The notes under the pieces: generated by a model
Database searches by the model: none
The model's input: the letters and a program-made list of their open reading frames with translations, nothing else
What the model was told of the DNA's origin: nothing
Assembly (NCBI GenBank): GCA_964423365.1
Contig: CAYRFC010000003.1
Span: 1 to 44,761 of the forward strand
Origin: an uncultured Oscillospiraceae bacterium
GTDB lineage: Bacteria; Bacillota; Clostridia; Oscillospirales; Ruminococcaceae
Direction: 5' to 3'
Length of the DNA stretch: 44,761 bases
Translations under genes and position numbers: made by a program
Shown here: piece after piece, positions 8,147-16,627 of the stretch
Position numbering within the stretch: the stretch's first letter is position 1
Layout of the letters: every line of letters starts with the position of its first letter

Positions 8147-9112
8147 CTATGCCGCTTCCCCACCAGACACGCTGGACGCCCCACTGGAAGAAGCCCCACT
8201 GGTAGACGACGCCGCGCTGCCGGGCTGGGAGGACGAGGGGGGCAGCGAGGAGGCCACAGACGCGGGCGGCAGCGAGCTCCCCGGCTCCGATTCCAGCCCC
8301 GATATGGCCGCCGCCAGGCTGGCCGGCTGGGCCGCCGAGCCCGAGGAGGACGAGGAGGACGCCGCTTCGGGCGGCACATAGCTGGTGTTGGCACGCAGCG
8401 CATAGAGATAATACTCGTTGCCGTCCCGGCGGAAGAAATAGTCCATATACTTGCTGGGGCGGCTCAAATCGAGGGTGGGAATCAGCTCATCGTTGCTGTT
8501 CATGGTGCTCACATAACCCACCGTCACACGCTTGATGCCGCCGCTCATGCGCTCTATCTGCACCACATTGCCCATGTACTGCGGGTTCAGGCCGGTGGCT
8601 GTGGCGGCATATACCTTCGCCACAGGGTCGTATTCATAGCTTAGAGACTGCACCGGGTCCTCAAAGGAGGCATGCTCCAGCTTGTAGTCCGGCCCAAACA
8701 GCTGCGCGGCAAACAGGTCCAGCTCTGCCGCGGGCACCAGGGGCCGCCCCAGCTCGTCATATTCCACCTCGCCGCCCAGCTCATTCAGCACCCCCCATAC
8801 CACCGCCTGCTTGATGGCGTTTGGGTCGGCCGCCGAGAGGGACTCAAAGGGCAGCAGGTCAAACCACACCAGGGAGGACAGCCGCTGGTTGTAGGTGTCC
8901 ACCTCACTGGTGTCGTTCATCAGGTTTTGGGCCAGGTCTATGCCGCCGCGCACAATGCTTACGGCGCCCACCACTATCAGCACCGTCAGCGCCAGGCCAA
9001 TGAGCTGGCGCATCCTGCGCCGGCCCCGCCGGGCCTGCTCCTCCTTGGCTCTGCGTGTGGCCTCTTTGTCAAGCGCCTCGGTTTTTTTGCCGGTTTTTCT
9101 CTCGTTTGCCAT
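8147..9112 (-). CDS. hypothetical single-pass membrane protein with Ser-rich C-terminal tail
   Basis: 321 aa. Basic N-terminus, TM helix LIGLALTVLIVVGAVSIV, globular domain of about 200 aa, then a Ser/Ala/Gly/Pro low-complexity tail of about 75 aa. RBS AAAGGA. Confidence 0.75.
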   Translation of the reverse strand: MANERKTGKKTEALDKEATRRAKEEQARRGRRRMRQLIGLALTVLIVVGAVSIVRGGIDLAQNLMNDTSEVDTYNQRLSSLVWFDLLPFESLSAADPNAIKQAVVWGVLNELGGEVEYDELGRPLVPAAELDLFAAQLFGPDYKLEHASFEDPVQSLSYEYDPVAKVYAATATGLNPQYMGNVVQIERMSGGIKRVTVGYVSTMNSNDELIPTLDLSRPSKYMDYFFRRDGNEYYLYALRANTSYVPPEAASSSSSSGSAAQPASLAAAISGLESEPGSSLPPASVASSLPPSSSQPGSAASSTSGASSSGASSVSGGEAA

Positions 9113-9162
9113 GCTTTTCCTTTCCGTGCCGCCGTTCTTGTCTGCCGGGCAGCCGCCCGGTG

Positions 9163-10410
9163 CTAGCCCCGAATCTGCCCCTCACCCCGAATGGTGTACT
9201 TATAGCTGGTCATCTCATAGAGGCCCATGGGCCCCCGCGCGCCCAGCTTCTGGGTGGAGATGCCAATCTCACAGCCCAGGCCGAACTCCTCGCCGTCGGT
9301 AAAGCGGGTGGAGGCGTTCACATACACGGCGGCGCTGTCCACCAGGCGGGTGAATTCCGCCGCCGCCGCCTCATCCTGTGTCACAATTGCCTCGCTGTGG
9401 CCGGTGGAGTGGGTGTTGATATGCCGAATGGCATCGGCCAGGCTGTCCACCACCCCCACCGCCAGTATATAGTCGTTGTATTCGGTGTCAAAATCGCCCC
9501 CGGCGGCTGCCTTGCCGGGCAAGATGGCCCCTGCCGCTTTATCCAGCCGCAGCTCCACCTCGGGCAGGCTTTCGGCCAGCATGGGCAGAAACGCCGCCGC
9601 CACCTCGCGGTGCAAGAGGCACACCTCGGCGGCGTTGCACACGCTGGGGCGCTGTACCTTGGCGTTGCGCAGAATGCTGGCCGCCATCGCAAGGTCGGCC
9701 CCTTTGTCCACATACACATGGCAGATGCCGCTGCCCGTTTCAATCACCGGCACGCCGCGCGCACCCTCCACCACGGCTTTGATTAAACCCTTGCCGCCGC
9801 GGGGAATCAGCAGATCCACAAAGCCGCGGGCTTCCATCAGGGCGCGGGCGCTCTCATGGCTGGTGTCTTCCAAAAGCTGCACCGCATTCGCCGGTGCGCC
9901 TGCGGCCTCCAGGGCCCCGCGCAGAATGCCCGCAATGCAGCGGTTGGTGCCTATGGCCTCGCTGCCGCCGCGCAGAATGCACACATTCCCGCTGCGCAGG
10001 CATAGGGCCGCCGCATCGCTGGTTACATTGGGGCGGCTTTCGTAGATGATGGCCACCACCCCCATGGGCACCCGCAGCTTGCGGATGAGCAGGCCGTTTT
10101 CGGCCCGAAACTCCTTTTCCACCAGCCCCACCGGGCTTTCCAGGGCCACAACGCTGCGAATACCCTTGGCCATCCCGGCCACCCGTGCCTCATTCAGCAT
10201 CAGCCGGTCCAGCATCACATCGGGAATTTTGCCCTTGGCCTTGGCAAGGTCTTCGGCATTCGCCTCCAAAATTTCGTCCAGGCGGGCCTCCAGAGCCTCT
10301 GCCATAGCCAGCAGGGCGGCTTTTTGCCCGGCCTCTTCCATGCGGGAATAGGCATATTTTGCCTCCACTGCATCCCGCAGCACATCCTGCACGTTTTTCA
10401 GCTCTGCCAC
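9163..10410 (-). CDS. proA: glutamate-5-semialdehyde dehydrogenase
   Basis: 415 aa with ProA-typical blocks (RPSVCNAAEVCLLH with the catalytic Cys, NASTRFTDG). GTG start with GAGG directly abutting it, so the exact start is uncertain. Confidence 0.93.
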   Translation of the reverse strand: MAELKNVQDVLRDAVEAKYAYSRMEEAGQKAALLAMAEALEARLDEILEANAEDLAKAKGKIPDVMLDRLMLNEARVAGMAKGIRSVVALESPVGLVEKEFRAENGLLIRKLRVPMGVVAIIYESRPNVTSDAAALCLRSGNVCILRGGSEAIGTNRCIAGILRGALEAAGAPANAVQLLEDTSHESARALMEARGFVDLLIPRGGKGLIKAVVEGARGVPVIETGSGICHVYVDKGADLAMAASILRNAKVQRPSVCNAAEVCLLHREVAAAFLPMLAESLPEVELRLDKAAGAILPGKAAAGGDFDTEYNDYILAVGVVDSLADAIRHINTHSTGHSEAIVTQDEAAAAEFTRLVDSAAVYVNASTRFTDGEEFGLGCEIGISTQKLGARGPMGLYEMTSYKYTIRGEGQIRG

Positions 10411-10446
10411 CCTCTTTTACAAATTTTGTTCTGGCTGCGCGGGGCG

Positions 10447-11250
10447 CTATTCGTTGGCGCTTTTTTGCAGCCTGCCGTCCTTGAAGGCAAAGCGTGTGCC
10501 CACCGGGCGGCCCGCCACCACCTCGTAGAGGCATTCGGGGTTCTGCCCGCTGGTAATCACCATGTCGATGCCCACCTCCTCCAGCAGCTTGGCGGCACTC
10601 AGCTTGGTGGCCATGCCCCCGGTGGCAAACTGGCTGGCGCTGCCCCCTGCATGGGCCAGCATCTCCTCGGTCACACAGGTCACCAGGGGAATCAGCTTGG
10701 CGCCCTCCTCCTTGCGGGGGTCGTCGGTGAACAGGCCGGGGATATCGGTCAGCATCACCAGCAGGTCGGCCTTCGCCAGCACGGCCACCTCCGCCGAGAG
10801 GGTGTCGTTGTCTCCAATGACCCCGCCCTCCAGCTCGGCGGTGGCCACACTGTCGTTTTCGTTCAGCACCGGAATGGCCCCCAGTTCCAAAAGGCGAAAG
10901 AGGGCGGCCTCCAGGTTGTGCCGCCGCTCGGGGCTGTGGATGTCCTCCGCCGTCAGCAGCATCTGGCCCACCACATGCCCATAGGTCAGCAGCATCTGGT
11001 CATAGATATGAATCAGCTCGCACTGGCCCACGGCCGCCGCCGCCTGCCGCCCCGGGATATCCTGGGGCCGCTCCCGCAGGCGCAGCTTGCCCACCCCCAT
11101 GGCAATGGCCGCCGAGGAAACCACCAGCACCTCATGGCCCGCATTTTTCAGGTCGGCCAATATTTTGCACAGCAGCTCCATGCGGCGGATGTTGAGCTGC
11201 CCGGTTTCGTGTGTGATGGTTGAGGTGCCGATTTTGATTACCACCCGCAT
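10447..11250 (-). CDS. proB: glutamate 5-kinase (short form, no PUA domain)
   Basis: 267 aa, MRVVIKIGTSTIT, SSAAIAMG, GDNDTLSA. ORF 10447..11295 trimmed to ATG 11250 behind GAGGAGG. Confidence 0.95.
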   Translation of the reverse strand: MRVVIKIGTSTITHETGQLNIRRMELLCKILADLKNAGHEVLVVSSAAIAMGVGKLRLRERPQDIPGRQAAAAVGQCELIHIYDQMLLTYGHVVGQMLLTAEDIHSPERRHNLEAALFRLLELGAIPVLNENDSVATAELEGGVIGDNDTLSAEVAVLAKADLLVMLTDIPGLFTDDPRKEEGAKLIPLVTCVTEEMLAHAGGSASQFATGGMATKLSAAKLLEEVGIDMVITSGQNPECLYEVVAGRPVGTRFAFKDGRLQKSANE

Positions 11251-11433
11251 GGGGAAAGTCCTCCTCTGGTTTGCAAAACGTATATTCTTCTCCATATAAT
11301 ACTAATAGGATATTTCTTATAGTATTTTATTCTGCAAATAATGCTATGCGTATATATCCCAGCCTGCGGGAAGGCCCTGGAGAACCCAGCCTGTCGCCCT
11401 CAGCCAGCGCAACGTATATACCAAAAGTATACT

Positions 11434-12489
11434 CTATCTATTGTTATACATATTTTCGTAATAGTCCATGTAAGCGCCCGAGGTGACCCCACGCAGCCAG
11501 TCGCCGTTGTCCAGGTACCACTGGATGGTCAGCTCAATGCCGTCCTCAAAGCAGGTTTCGGGGCTCCAGCCCAGGGCCTTTTGAATCTTCTCGGGGTCGA
11601 TGCCATAGCGGCGGTCATGGCCCTTGCGGTCGGCCACGTATTTGATGAGGCCCTCGTCCACGCTGGCGTCCACCTTGCCGCTCACAAGGCCAATCACCCT
11701 TTTCACAATGTCGATGTTGGTGCGCTCGTTGTGGCCGCCCACATTGTATACCTCGCCCACATTGCCGCCGCGCAGCACCATGTCGATGGCCTTGCAGTGG
11801 TCCTCCACATACAGCCAGTCCCGCACGTTTAAGCCGTCGCCGTATACCGGCAGGTCTTTTTTGTTGCAGGCGTTGTGAATCATCAGCGGAATCAGCTTTT
11901 CGGGGAACTGGAAGGGGCCGTAGTTGTTCGAGCAGCGGGTGATGTTCACCGGCAGGCCATAGGTGTCGTGCCAGGCCATCACAAACATATCTGCCGCGGC
12001 CTTGCTGGCCGAGTAGGGCGAGTGGGGGCAGATGGGGGTGCTCTCGGTGAAGAAGCCGGTGTCTCCCAAGGAGCCATACACCTCGTCGGTGCTCACCTGC
12101 AAAAACTTCACCCCGTCGGGGTAGGCCCCGTCCTTCTCCCAGGCCTCGCGGGCACAACTCAGCAGGTTTACGGTGCCCATCACGTTGGTCTTGGCGAAGA
12201 TGCCGGGGTCCTCAATGGAGCGGTCCACATGGCTCTCTGCGGCAAAGTTCACCACCGCCTCAATCTTGTAGGTCTCCATCAGGCGGCTCACCAAGGCGCG
12301 GTCGCCAATATCGCCGTGCACAAACACATGGCGGGGGTCGTCCTCCACGCTGCGCAGGTTTTCCAGGTTCCCCGCATAGGTCAGCTTGTCCAGGTTCACC
12401 AGCTTCACGTCCTCGTGCTTGTCCAGCATATACAGGATAAAGTTGGAGCCAATAAACCCGGCCCCGCCGGTCACCATAATATTTTTCAT
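11434..12489 (-). CDS. rfbB: dTDP-glucose 4,6-dehydratase
   Basis: 351 aa. GGAGFIGSN Rossmann motif and YSASKAA (YxxxK). Confidence 0.95.
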   Translation of the reverse strand: MKNIMVTGGAGFIGSNFILYMLDKHEDVKLVNLDKLTYAGNLENLRSVEDDPRHVFVHGDIGDRALVSRLMETYKIEAVVNFAAESHVDRSIEDPGIFAKTNVMGTVNLLSCAREAWEKDGAYPDGVKFLQVSTDEVYGSLGDTGFFTESTPICPHSPYSASKAAADMFVMAWHDTYGLPVNITRCSNNYGPFQFPEKLIPLMIHNACNKKDLPVYGDGLNVRDWLYVEDHCKAIDMVLRGGNVGEVYNVGGHNERTNIDIVKRVIGLVSGKVDASVDEGLIKYVADRKGHDRRYGIDPEKIQKALGWSPETCFEDGIELTIQWYLDNGDWLRGVTSGAYMDYYENMYNNR

Positions 12490-12540
12490 TCTTCAGCCGT
12501 CCTTCCCCATGAGAAATTCATGTACCGTTTTCAAGCATTT

Positions 12541-13428
12541 CTAGATGTCGTTTTTCCTCTCGGCCATATAGGCCGCCAGCGCCTCCTGCCAGGGGCGCAT
12601 ATGGTCGCCCACCGTGGCGCGCAGCATGGCATGGTCCAGCGCCGAGTAGGCCGGCCGCTTGGCCGGGGTGGGATATTCCGCCGTGGTGCAGGGCTTCACC
12701 TTCGCCCCCGTTCCGTCCAGGCGCACAATCTCGGCTGCAAAATCGTACCAGGAGCAGATGCCCTGCCCAGTGCCGTGGTAGAGGCCGTACTCCTCACCCT
12801 CTGCCAGCAGCAGCAGGTGATAGGCCAGGTCCTCGGCGTTGGTGGGGTTGCCCAGCTGGTCGTTCACCACTGTGATTTCCCCTTTTTCCCGGGTGATTTT
12901 CAGCACGGTTTTTACAAAATTGCCTCCCTCCCGGCCATACAGCCAGGCGGTGCGCACAATAAACCAGCGGCTGCAAAAGCCCCGCACGTACTCCTCGCCC
13001 AGCAGCTTGGTTCTGCCATAGGCCGAGCAGGGGGCCGGGGGCTGGGCCTCGCTAAAGGGCACATCCCCCTCTCCGCTGAAAACATAGTCGGTGGAGACAT
13101 GCAGCAGCTTGGCCCCTGTTTTTTCGCAGGCCATGGCCAGGTTGCGCGGGGCCAGGGCGTTGGCCGCAAAGGCGGCGTCCTGCTCGGTCTCGCAGCCGTT
13201 TACGTTGGTGTAGGCCGCGCAGTTCAGCACGATGTGAGGCCGCAGCCCCTCCACCATGGCCAGGGTCTCCTCTTTTTTAGAGAGGTCGCAGTCCTCTATG
13301 TCCACACAGTGCACCTCGGCACCCAGCAGGGCGGCGGGCAGCGGGCCCAGGGCACTTTTGCCCGCCTGCAGCTGCCGGGCCAGCTCCTGGCCCAGTTGGC
13401 CCTTCGCGCCGGTAATCAAAATCTTCAT
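12541..13428 (-). CDS. rfbD: dTDP-4-dehydrorhamnose reductase
   Basis: 295 aa. ITGAKGQLG and YGRTKLLGE (YxxxK), RmlD-like throughout. Confidence 0.9.
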   Translation of the reverse strand: MKILITGAKGQLGQELARQLQAGKSALGPLPAALLGAEVHCVDIEDCDLSKKEETLAMVEGLRPHIVLNCAAYTNVNGCETEQDAAFAANALAPRNLAMACEKTGAKLLHVSTDYVFSGEGDVPFSEAQPPAPCSAYGRTKLLGEEYVRGFCSRWFIVRTAWLYGREGGNFVKTVLKITREKGEITVVNDQLGNPTNAEDLAYHLLLLAEGEEYGLYHGTGQGICSWYDFAAEIVRLDGTGAKVKPCTTAEYPTPAKRPAYSALDHAMLRATVGDHMRPWQEALAAYMAERKNDI

Positions 13429-13431
13429 GTG

Positions 13432-14325
13432 TTATACCTCGGCCGTATTTCCGGGGGCCACCGTCTCGGCAATGTGGAAAAGATACTGCCCGTATTCGGT
13501 TTTTTCCAGTTGCTTGGCCCGCTCCAGCAGCTTCTCCTTGTTCATGAAGCGCTGGCGGTAGGCTATTTCCTCCAGGCAGGCAATGTACAGGCCCTGCCGG
13601 GTTTGCACAGCCTCCACAAAGTTCGAGGCGTCCTGCATGGCGCGGTGGTTTCCGGTGTCCAGCCAGGCCATCCCCCGGCCAAACAGCTCCACCTTCAGCT
13701 CGCCCATGGCGAGGTAGGCGTTGTTCACCGAGGTAATCTCTATCTCCCCGCGGGCCGAGGGCTTGACATTTTGGGCGATGTCCACCACCCGGTTGTCGTA
13801 GAAATACAGCCCCGGCACGGCGTAGTTGCTCTTGGGGTTTTGGGGCTTTTCCTCCAGAGAGAGCACGTTCCCGGCCCCGTCGAACTCCACCACCCCGAAC
13901 TCCCGGGGGTTCGCCACATGGTAGCCGAAGACCGTGGCCCCTTTCTCGCGCCCCGCGGCGTTTTTCAGCCGCTCTGTGAAGCCATAGCCATAGAAGATGT
14001 TGTCGCCCAGCACCAGGCAGACACTGTCGTGCCCGATGAAGTCCCGGCCCACAATAAAGGCGTCGGCCAGGCCCCGGGGCTCTGCCTGCACGGCATAGCT
14101 GAACTCCACACCAAGGTTCTCCCCGGTGCCAAACAGCCGCTCAAAGCCCGGCAGGTCGGTGGGGGTGGAGATGATGAGAATCTCCCGGATGCCCGCCAGC
14201 ATCAGGGTGGAAACCGGGTAATAAATCATCGGTTTATCATAGATGGTCAGCATCTGCTTGGACACGGCAATGGTGGAGGGATAGAGCCGTGTTCCGGCGC
14301 CTCCGGCAAGCACAATTCCCTTCAT
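13432..14325 (-). CDS. rfbA: glucose-1-phosphate thymidylyltransferase
   Basis: 297 aa. [14 protein letters not shown] signature, RmlA-like throughout. RBS AAGGAG. Confidence 0.95.
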   Translation of the reverse strand: MKGIVLAGGAGTRLYPSTIAVSKQMLTIYDKPMIYYPVSTLMLAGIREILIISTPTDLPGFERLFGTGENLGVEFSYAVQAEPRGLADAFIVGRDFIGHDSVCLVLGDNIFYGYGFTERLKNAAGREKGATVFGYHVANPREFGVVEFDGAGNVLSLEEKPQNPKSNYAVPGLYFYDNRVVDIAQNVKPSARGEIEITSVNNAYLAMGELKVELFGRGMAWLDTGNHRAMQDASNFVEAVQTRQGLYIACLEEIAYRQRFMNKEKLLERAKQLEKTEYGQYLFHIAETVAPGNTAEV

Positions 14326-14360
14326 ACGGTCGCTCCTTTATTTTTTCTATTCAAAGGCCT

Positions 14361-15131
14361 TCATTTCCAGCGAAAGCCCCACTTCCGAAAATAGCGCCCC
14401 ATGCTTTTCAGCTGCCAGAAAAACTGGCGGGGCCTGCGGTGGGCCGCCCGGTGCCAGGCGTGGGCCACCGTTACCTGCGGCAGGTACACCGCCCGGCCCC
14501 TTTGCAGGGCCTTCTGGGTCAGGTCGGCATCCTCCACATACATGAAGTAGCCCTCGTCGAAGCCGCCCATCTCCTTAAAAACCTCGGTGCGTATCACAAA
14601 AAAGGAGCCGCTGCAAAACTCCACATCGGTGGGGCGGGAGAGGTCCTCCCCCTCCATGAGGTAGTGGGCCTCGTAGGGTTTTAGAAAACCCAGCCCGGTT
14701 TGCCGGGCCAGCAGGGGCAGAAAGGCGGGCCGCCGCTTGGCAATGGCCTGGGGCCGCCCGTCCGGGTATACCAGCCGGGGAATGGTGATGGCCACATCGG
14801 GGTGTGCCTCCATCCAGGCGGCCATCTGGGAGACGGCATCATCCCACAGCAGGATATCGGGGTTCACCACCGCGTGGTAGCGGCTGTCCAAAAGCGGCAG
14901 CACGGCGTTGTGCCCCGCGCCAAAGCCCCGGTTCACCGCCTGGGGCAGGGCCTCTACATTCGGGGGCAGGCCCCCGGCTTCCAGGCTTTGCAGGGCGCCG
15001 TCGGGCGAGGCGTTGTCCACCAAAAACACCCGCAGGGCTTCCCCTTCGTGCTGCCACAGGCTTTCCAGGCAGGCGCGGGTCTCCTCCGCGCCGCCATACT
15101 GCACCACCGCTGCGCTCAGCTTCGGGCTCAT
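14361..15131 (-). CDS. family 2 glycosyltransferase (rhamnosyltransferase-like)
   Basis: 256 aa. GT-A fold signatures (VDNASPDG, YVEDADL). ATG overlaps the stop of the upstream Ctp-like gene (ATGA). Confidence 0.85.
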   Translation of the reverse strand: MSPKLSAAVVQYGGAEETRACLESLWQHEGEALRVFLVDNASPDGALQSLEAGGLPPNVEALPQAVNRGFGAGHNAVLPLLDSRYHAVVNPDILLWDDAVSQMAAWMEAHPDVAITIPRLVYPDGRPQAIAKRRPAFLPLLARQTGLGFLKPYEAHYLMEGEDLSRPTDVEFCSGSFFVIRTEVFKEMGGFDEGYFMYVEDADLTQKALQRGRAVYLPQVTVAHAWHRAAHRRPRQFFWQLKSMGRYFRKWGFRWK

Positions 15132-16573
15132 CCGGCGGTGGCCCTGCCGGACTGGGAGGAAGACGAGGAGACGGCCGAGGTGGAGGAGGCTGCCGTAGAG
15201 GCACTGCCCGCCTCCGCCCCACTGCCCGAAGCGGCGCTTTGGACGGCAGAGCCGCTCTCGGCGGCAGAGGCGGCGGCACTTTCGGGCTGCTGGCTGGTCC
15301 CCGCGGTGCCCGGCTGGCCTTCCGCGGGCTGTGCCGGGGGTTGGTACTGGATGGAGAGTTGGTTGTTGCCGGCTGCGGTACGCACCACCTCCAGCGCACG
15401 CAGAATCTGCTGGTCGGCGCCGGGGTTCGGAGTATAAAGGTTCACGGTCTGGTTGTCCTCATCCACCAAAATCTCCACATCGGGCACGATGCCGGTTTTG
15501 TCAAAGCTCTCATCCTGCCCGGTGAGAAGCTGGGCGGTGGTGATGGAGATGGCCGAGCCGTCGGTGAGCTGCTGGGTGGCGCTTTGCAGCATGCCCTTGC
15601 CGGCGGTGGTGGTGCCCACCACGCTGCCGCCGCAGAGGTTCCGTATGCTGATGGCAAACAGCTCTGCCCCGGCGGCGGTGTTTTTGTCGGTGATGGCCAC
15701 CATGGGCAGCCGCACCACATTCTCGTCGTCTGAGGTGGCCAGCACCTTCACGGTGCCGTTTTTCGCCACACTTTTGGCCACCGTGCCCCGGGGGGCCAGG
15801 TAGTCGATGGCATTGTACACCTGCTGATACTGCCCGCCGGTGTTGCCGCGCAAATCAAACACAAGGCCCTGGGCGCCGTCCGCCATGGCTTGCAGTACCG
15901 CGCCGTCCAGCTCGGTGCTGGTGTTCTTTTCAAACGAGCTGATGCGGATGTAGCCGAAATCTCCACATTTCAGATACTCCACCGTGGGGGCCGTGTAGTT
16001 GATGCGCTGCACCTCGTAGCTGGCCTCCTGGTTTTCGCGGCTGATGCAGCCCAGGGTGACGGTGGTGCCCTGGGCGCCGCGCAGCAGGCTCACCATGGCC
16101 TTGCTGCTGGTCAGGCTTTTCACATCGGCCCCGTCCACCGTAAGAATGCGGCTGCCCGCCTGCACGCCGGCCTTCTCGGCGGGGGAGTCTGGATACACAC
16201 GCTCAATGTAGAACAGGCCGTCGGCGTTGCGGCTCACCTCCACGCCAATGCCCACCCGCGTGCCGTTCTCATACTCCTGCAGCTCGGTGTAGTCTTTTTC
16301 GGAATAATAGGTGGCGTAGGGGTCCTCAATGCCGCGCAGATAGCCCTGGGCCACCAGGTCATTCAGCACGGTGTCGTTCACCTCGCCAAAATAGTTGTTC
16401 CGCACATAGGTGTCCACCTCCAGCAGCTTTGTGTAGGTGGCCTGCTTTTGTGTTACCGACTGTACGGCGCGGTTAAAATAGTCGGTGGCCACCAGCCAGG
16501 TGATGGCAAAGGTGACCGTGACCGCGATGAGGGTGATGGTGAGCGCTACGCTCACCGTAACTTTTTTTGTCAT
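15128..16573 (-). CDS. S41 (C-terminal processing peptidase, Ctp/Tsp) family homologue, nucleophile Ser replaced
   Basis: 481 aa. N-terminal TM anchor and a PDZ domain (VYPDSPAEKAGVQAGSRILTVDG). S41 core TTAGKGMLQ and GIVPDVEI conserved. The SASASE nucleophile motif reads TAAGAE. Ser/Ala-rich C-terminal tail. Confidence 0.9.
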   Translation of the reverse strand: MTKKVTVSVALTITLIAVTVTFAITWLVATDYFNRAVQSVTQKQATYTKLLEVDTYVRNNYFGEVNDTVLNDLVAQGYLRGIEDPYATYYSEKDYTELQEYENGTRVGIGVEVSRNADGLFYIERVYPDSPAEKAGVQAGSRILTVDGADVKSLTSSKAMVSLLRGAQGTTVTLGCISRENQEASYEVQRINYTAPTVEYLKCGDFGYIRISSFEKNTSTELDGAVLQAMADGAQGLVFDLRGNTGGQYQQVYNAIDYLAPRGTVAKSVAKNGTVKVLATSDDENVVRLPMVAITDKNTAAGAELFAISIRNLCGGSVVGTTTAGKGMLQSATQQLTDGSAISITTAQLLTGQDESFDKTGIVPDVEILVDEDNQTVNLYTPNPGADQQILRALEVVRTAAGNNQLSIQYQPPAQPAEGQPGTAGTSQQPESAAASAAESGSAVQSAASGSGAEAGSASTAASSTSAVSSSSSQSGRATAG

Positions 16574-16627
16574 TCAGTCCTCCATGGGGGAGTTTTGGGC
16601 CAGGGCGGGAAGGGGAACAGACCCAGG

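Noticed and set aside
11251-11433. Possible T-box or riboswitch leader upstream of proBA (and of asnS, argS)
   Set aside because: I found no T-box consensus and no specifier/antiterminator architecture. The asnS leader is about 39 nt, and argS is translationally coupled to DUF1934. The 183-nt AT-rich segment upstream of proB more likely holds only the rfbB terminator region and the proB promoter.
11875-14394. 839-aa ORF on the plus strand spanning three genes
   Set aside because: It is exactly antisense to rfbB, rfbD and rfbA, which have unambiguous family motifs and RBSs. Its product is Gly/His/Ala/Val/Leu/Gln-rich low complexity, typical of stop-free shadow frames in GC-rich DNA.
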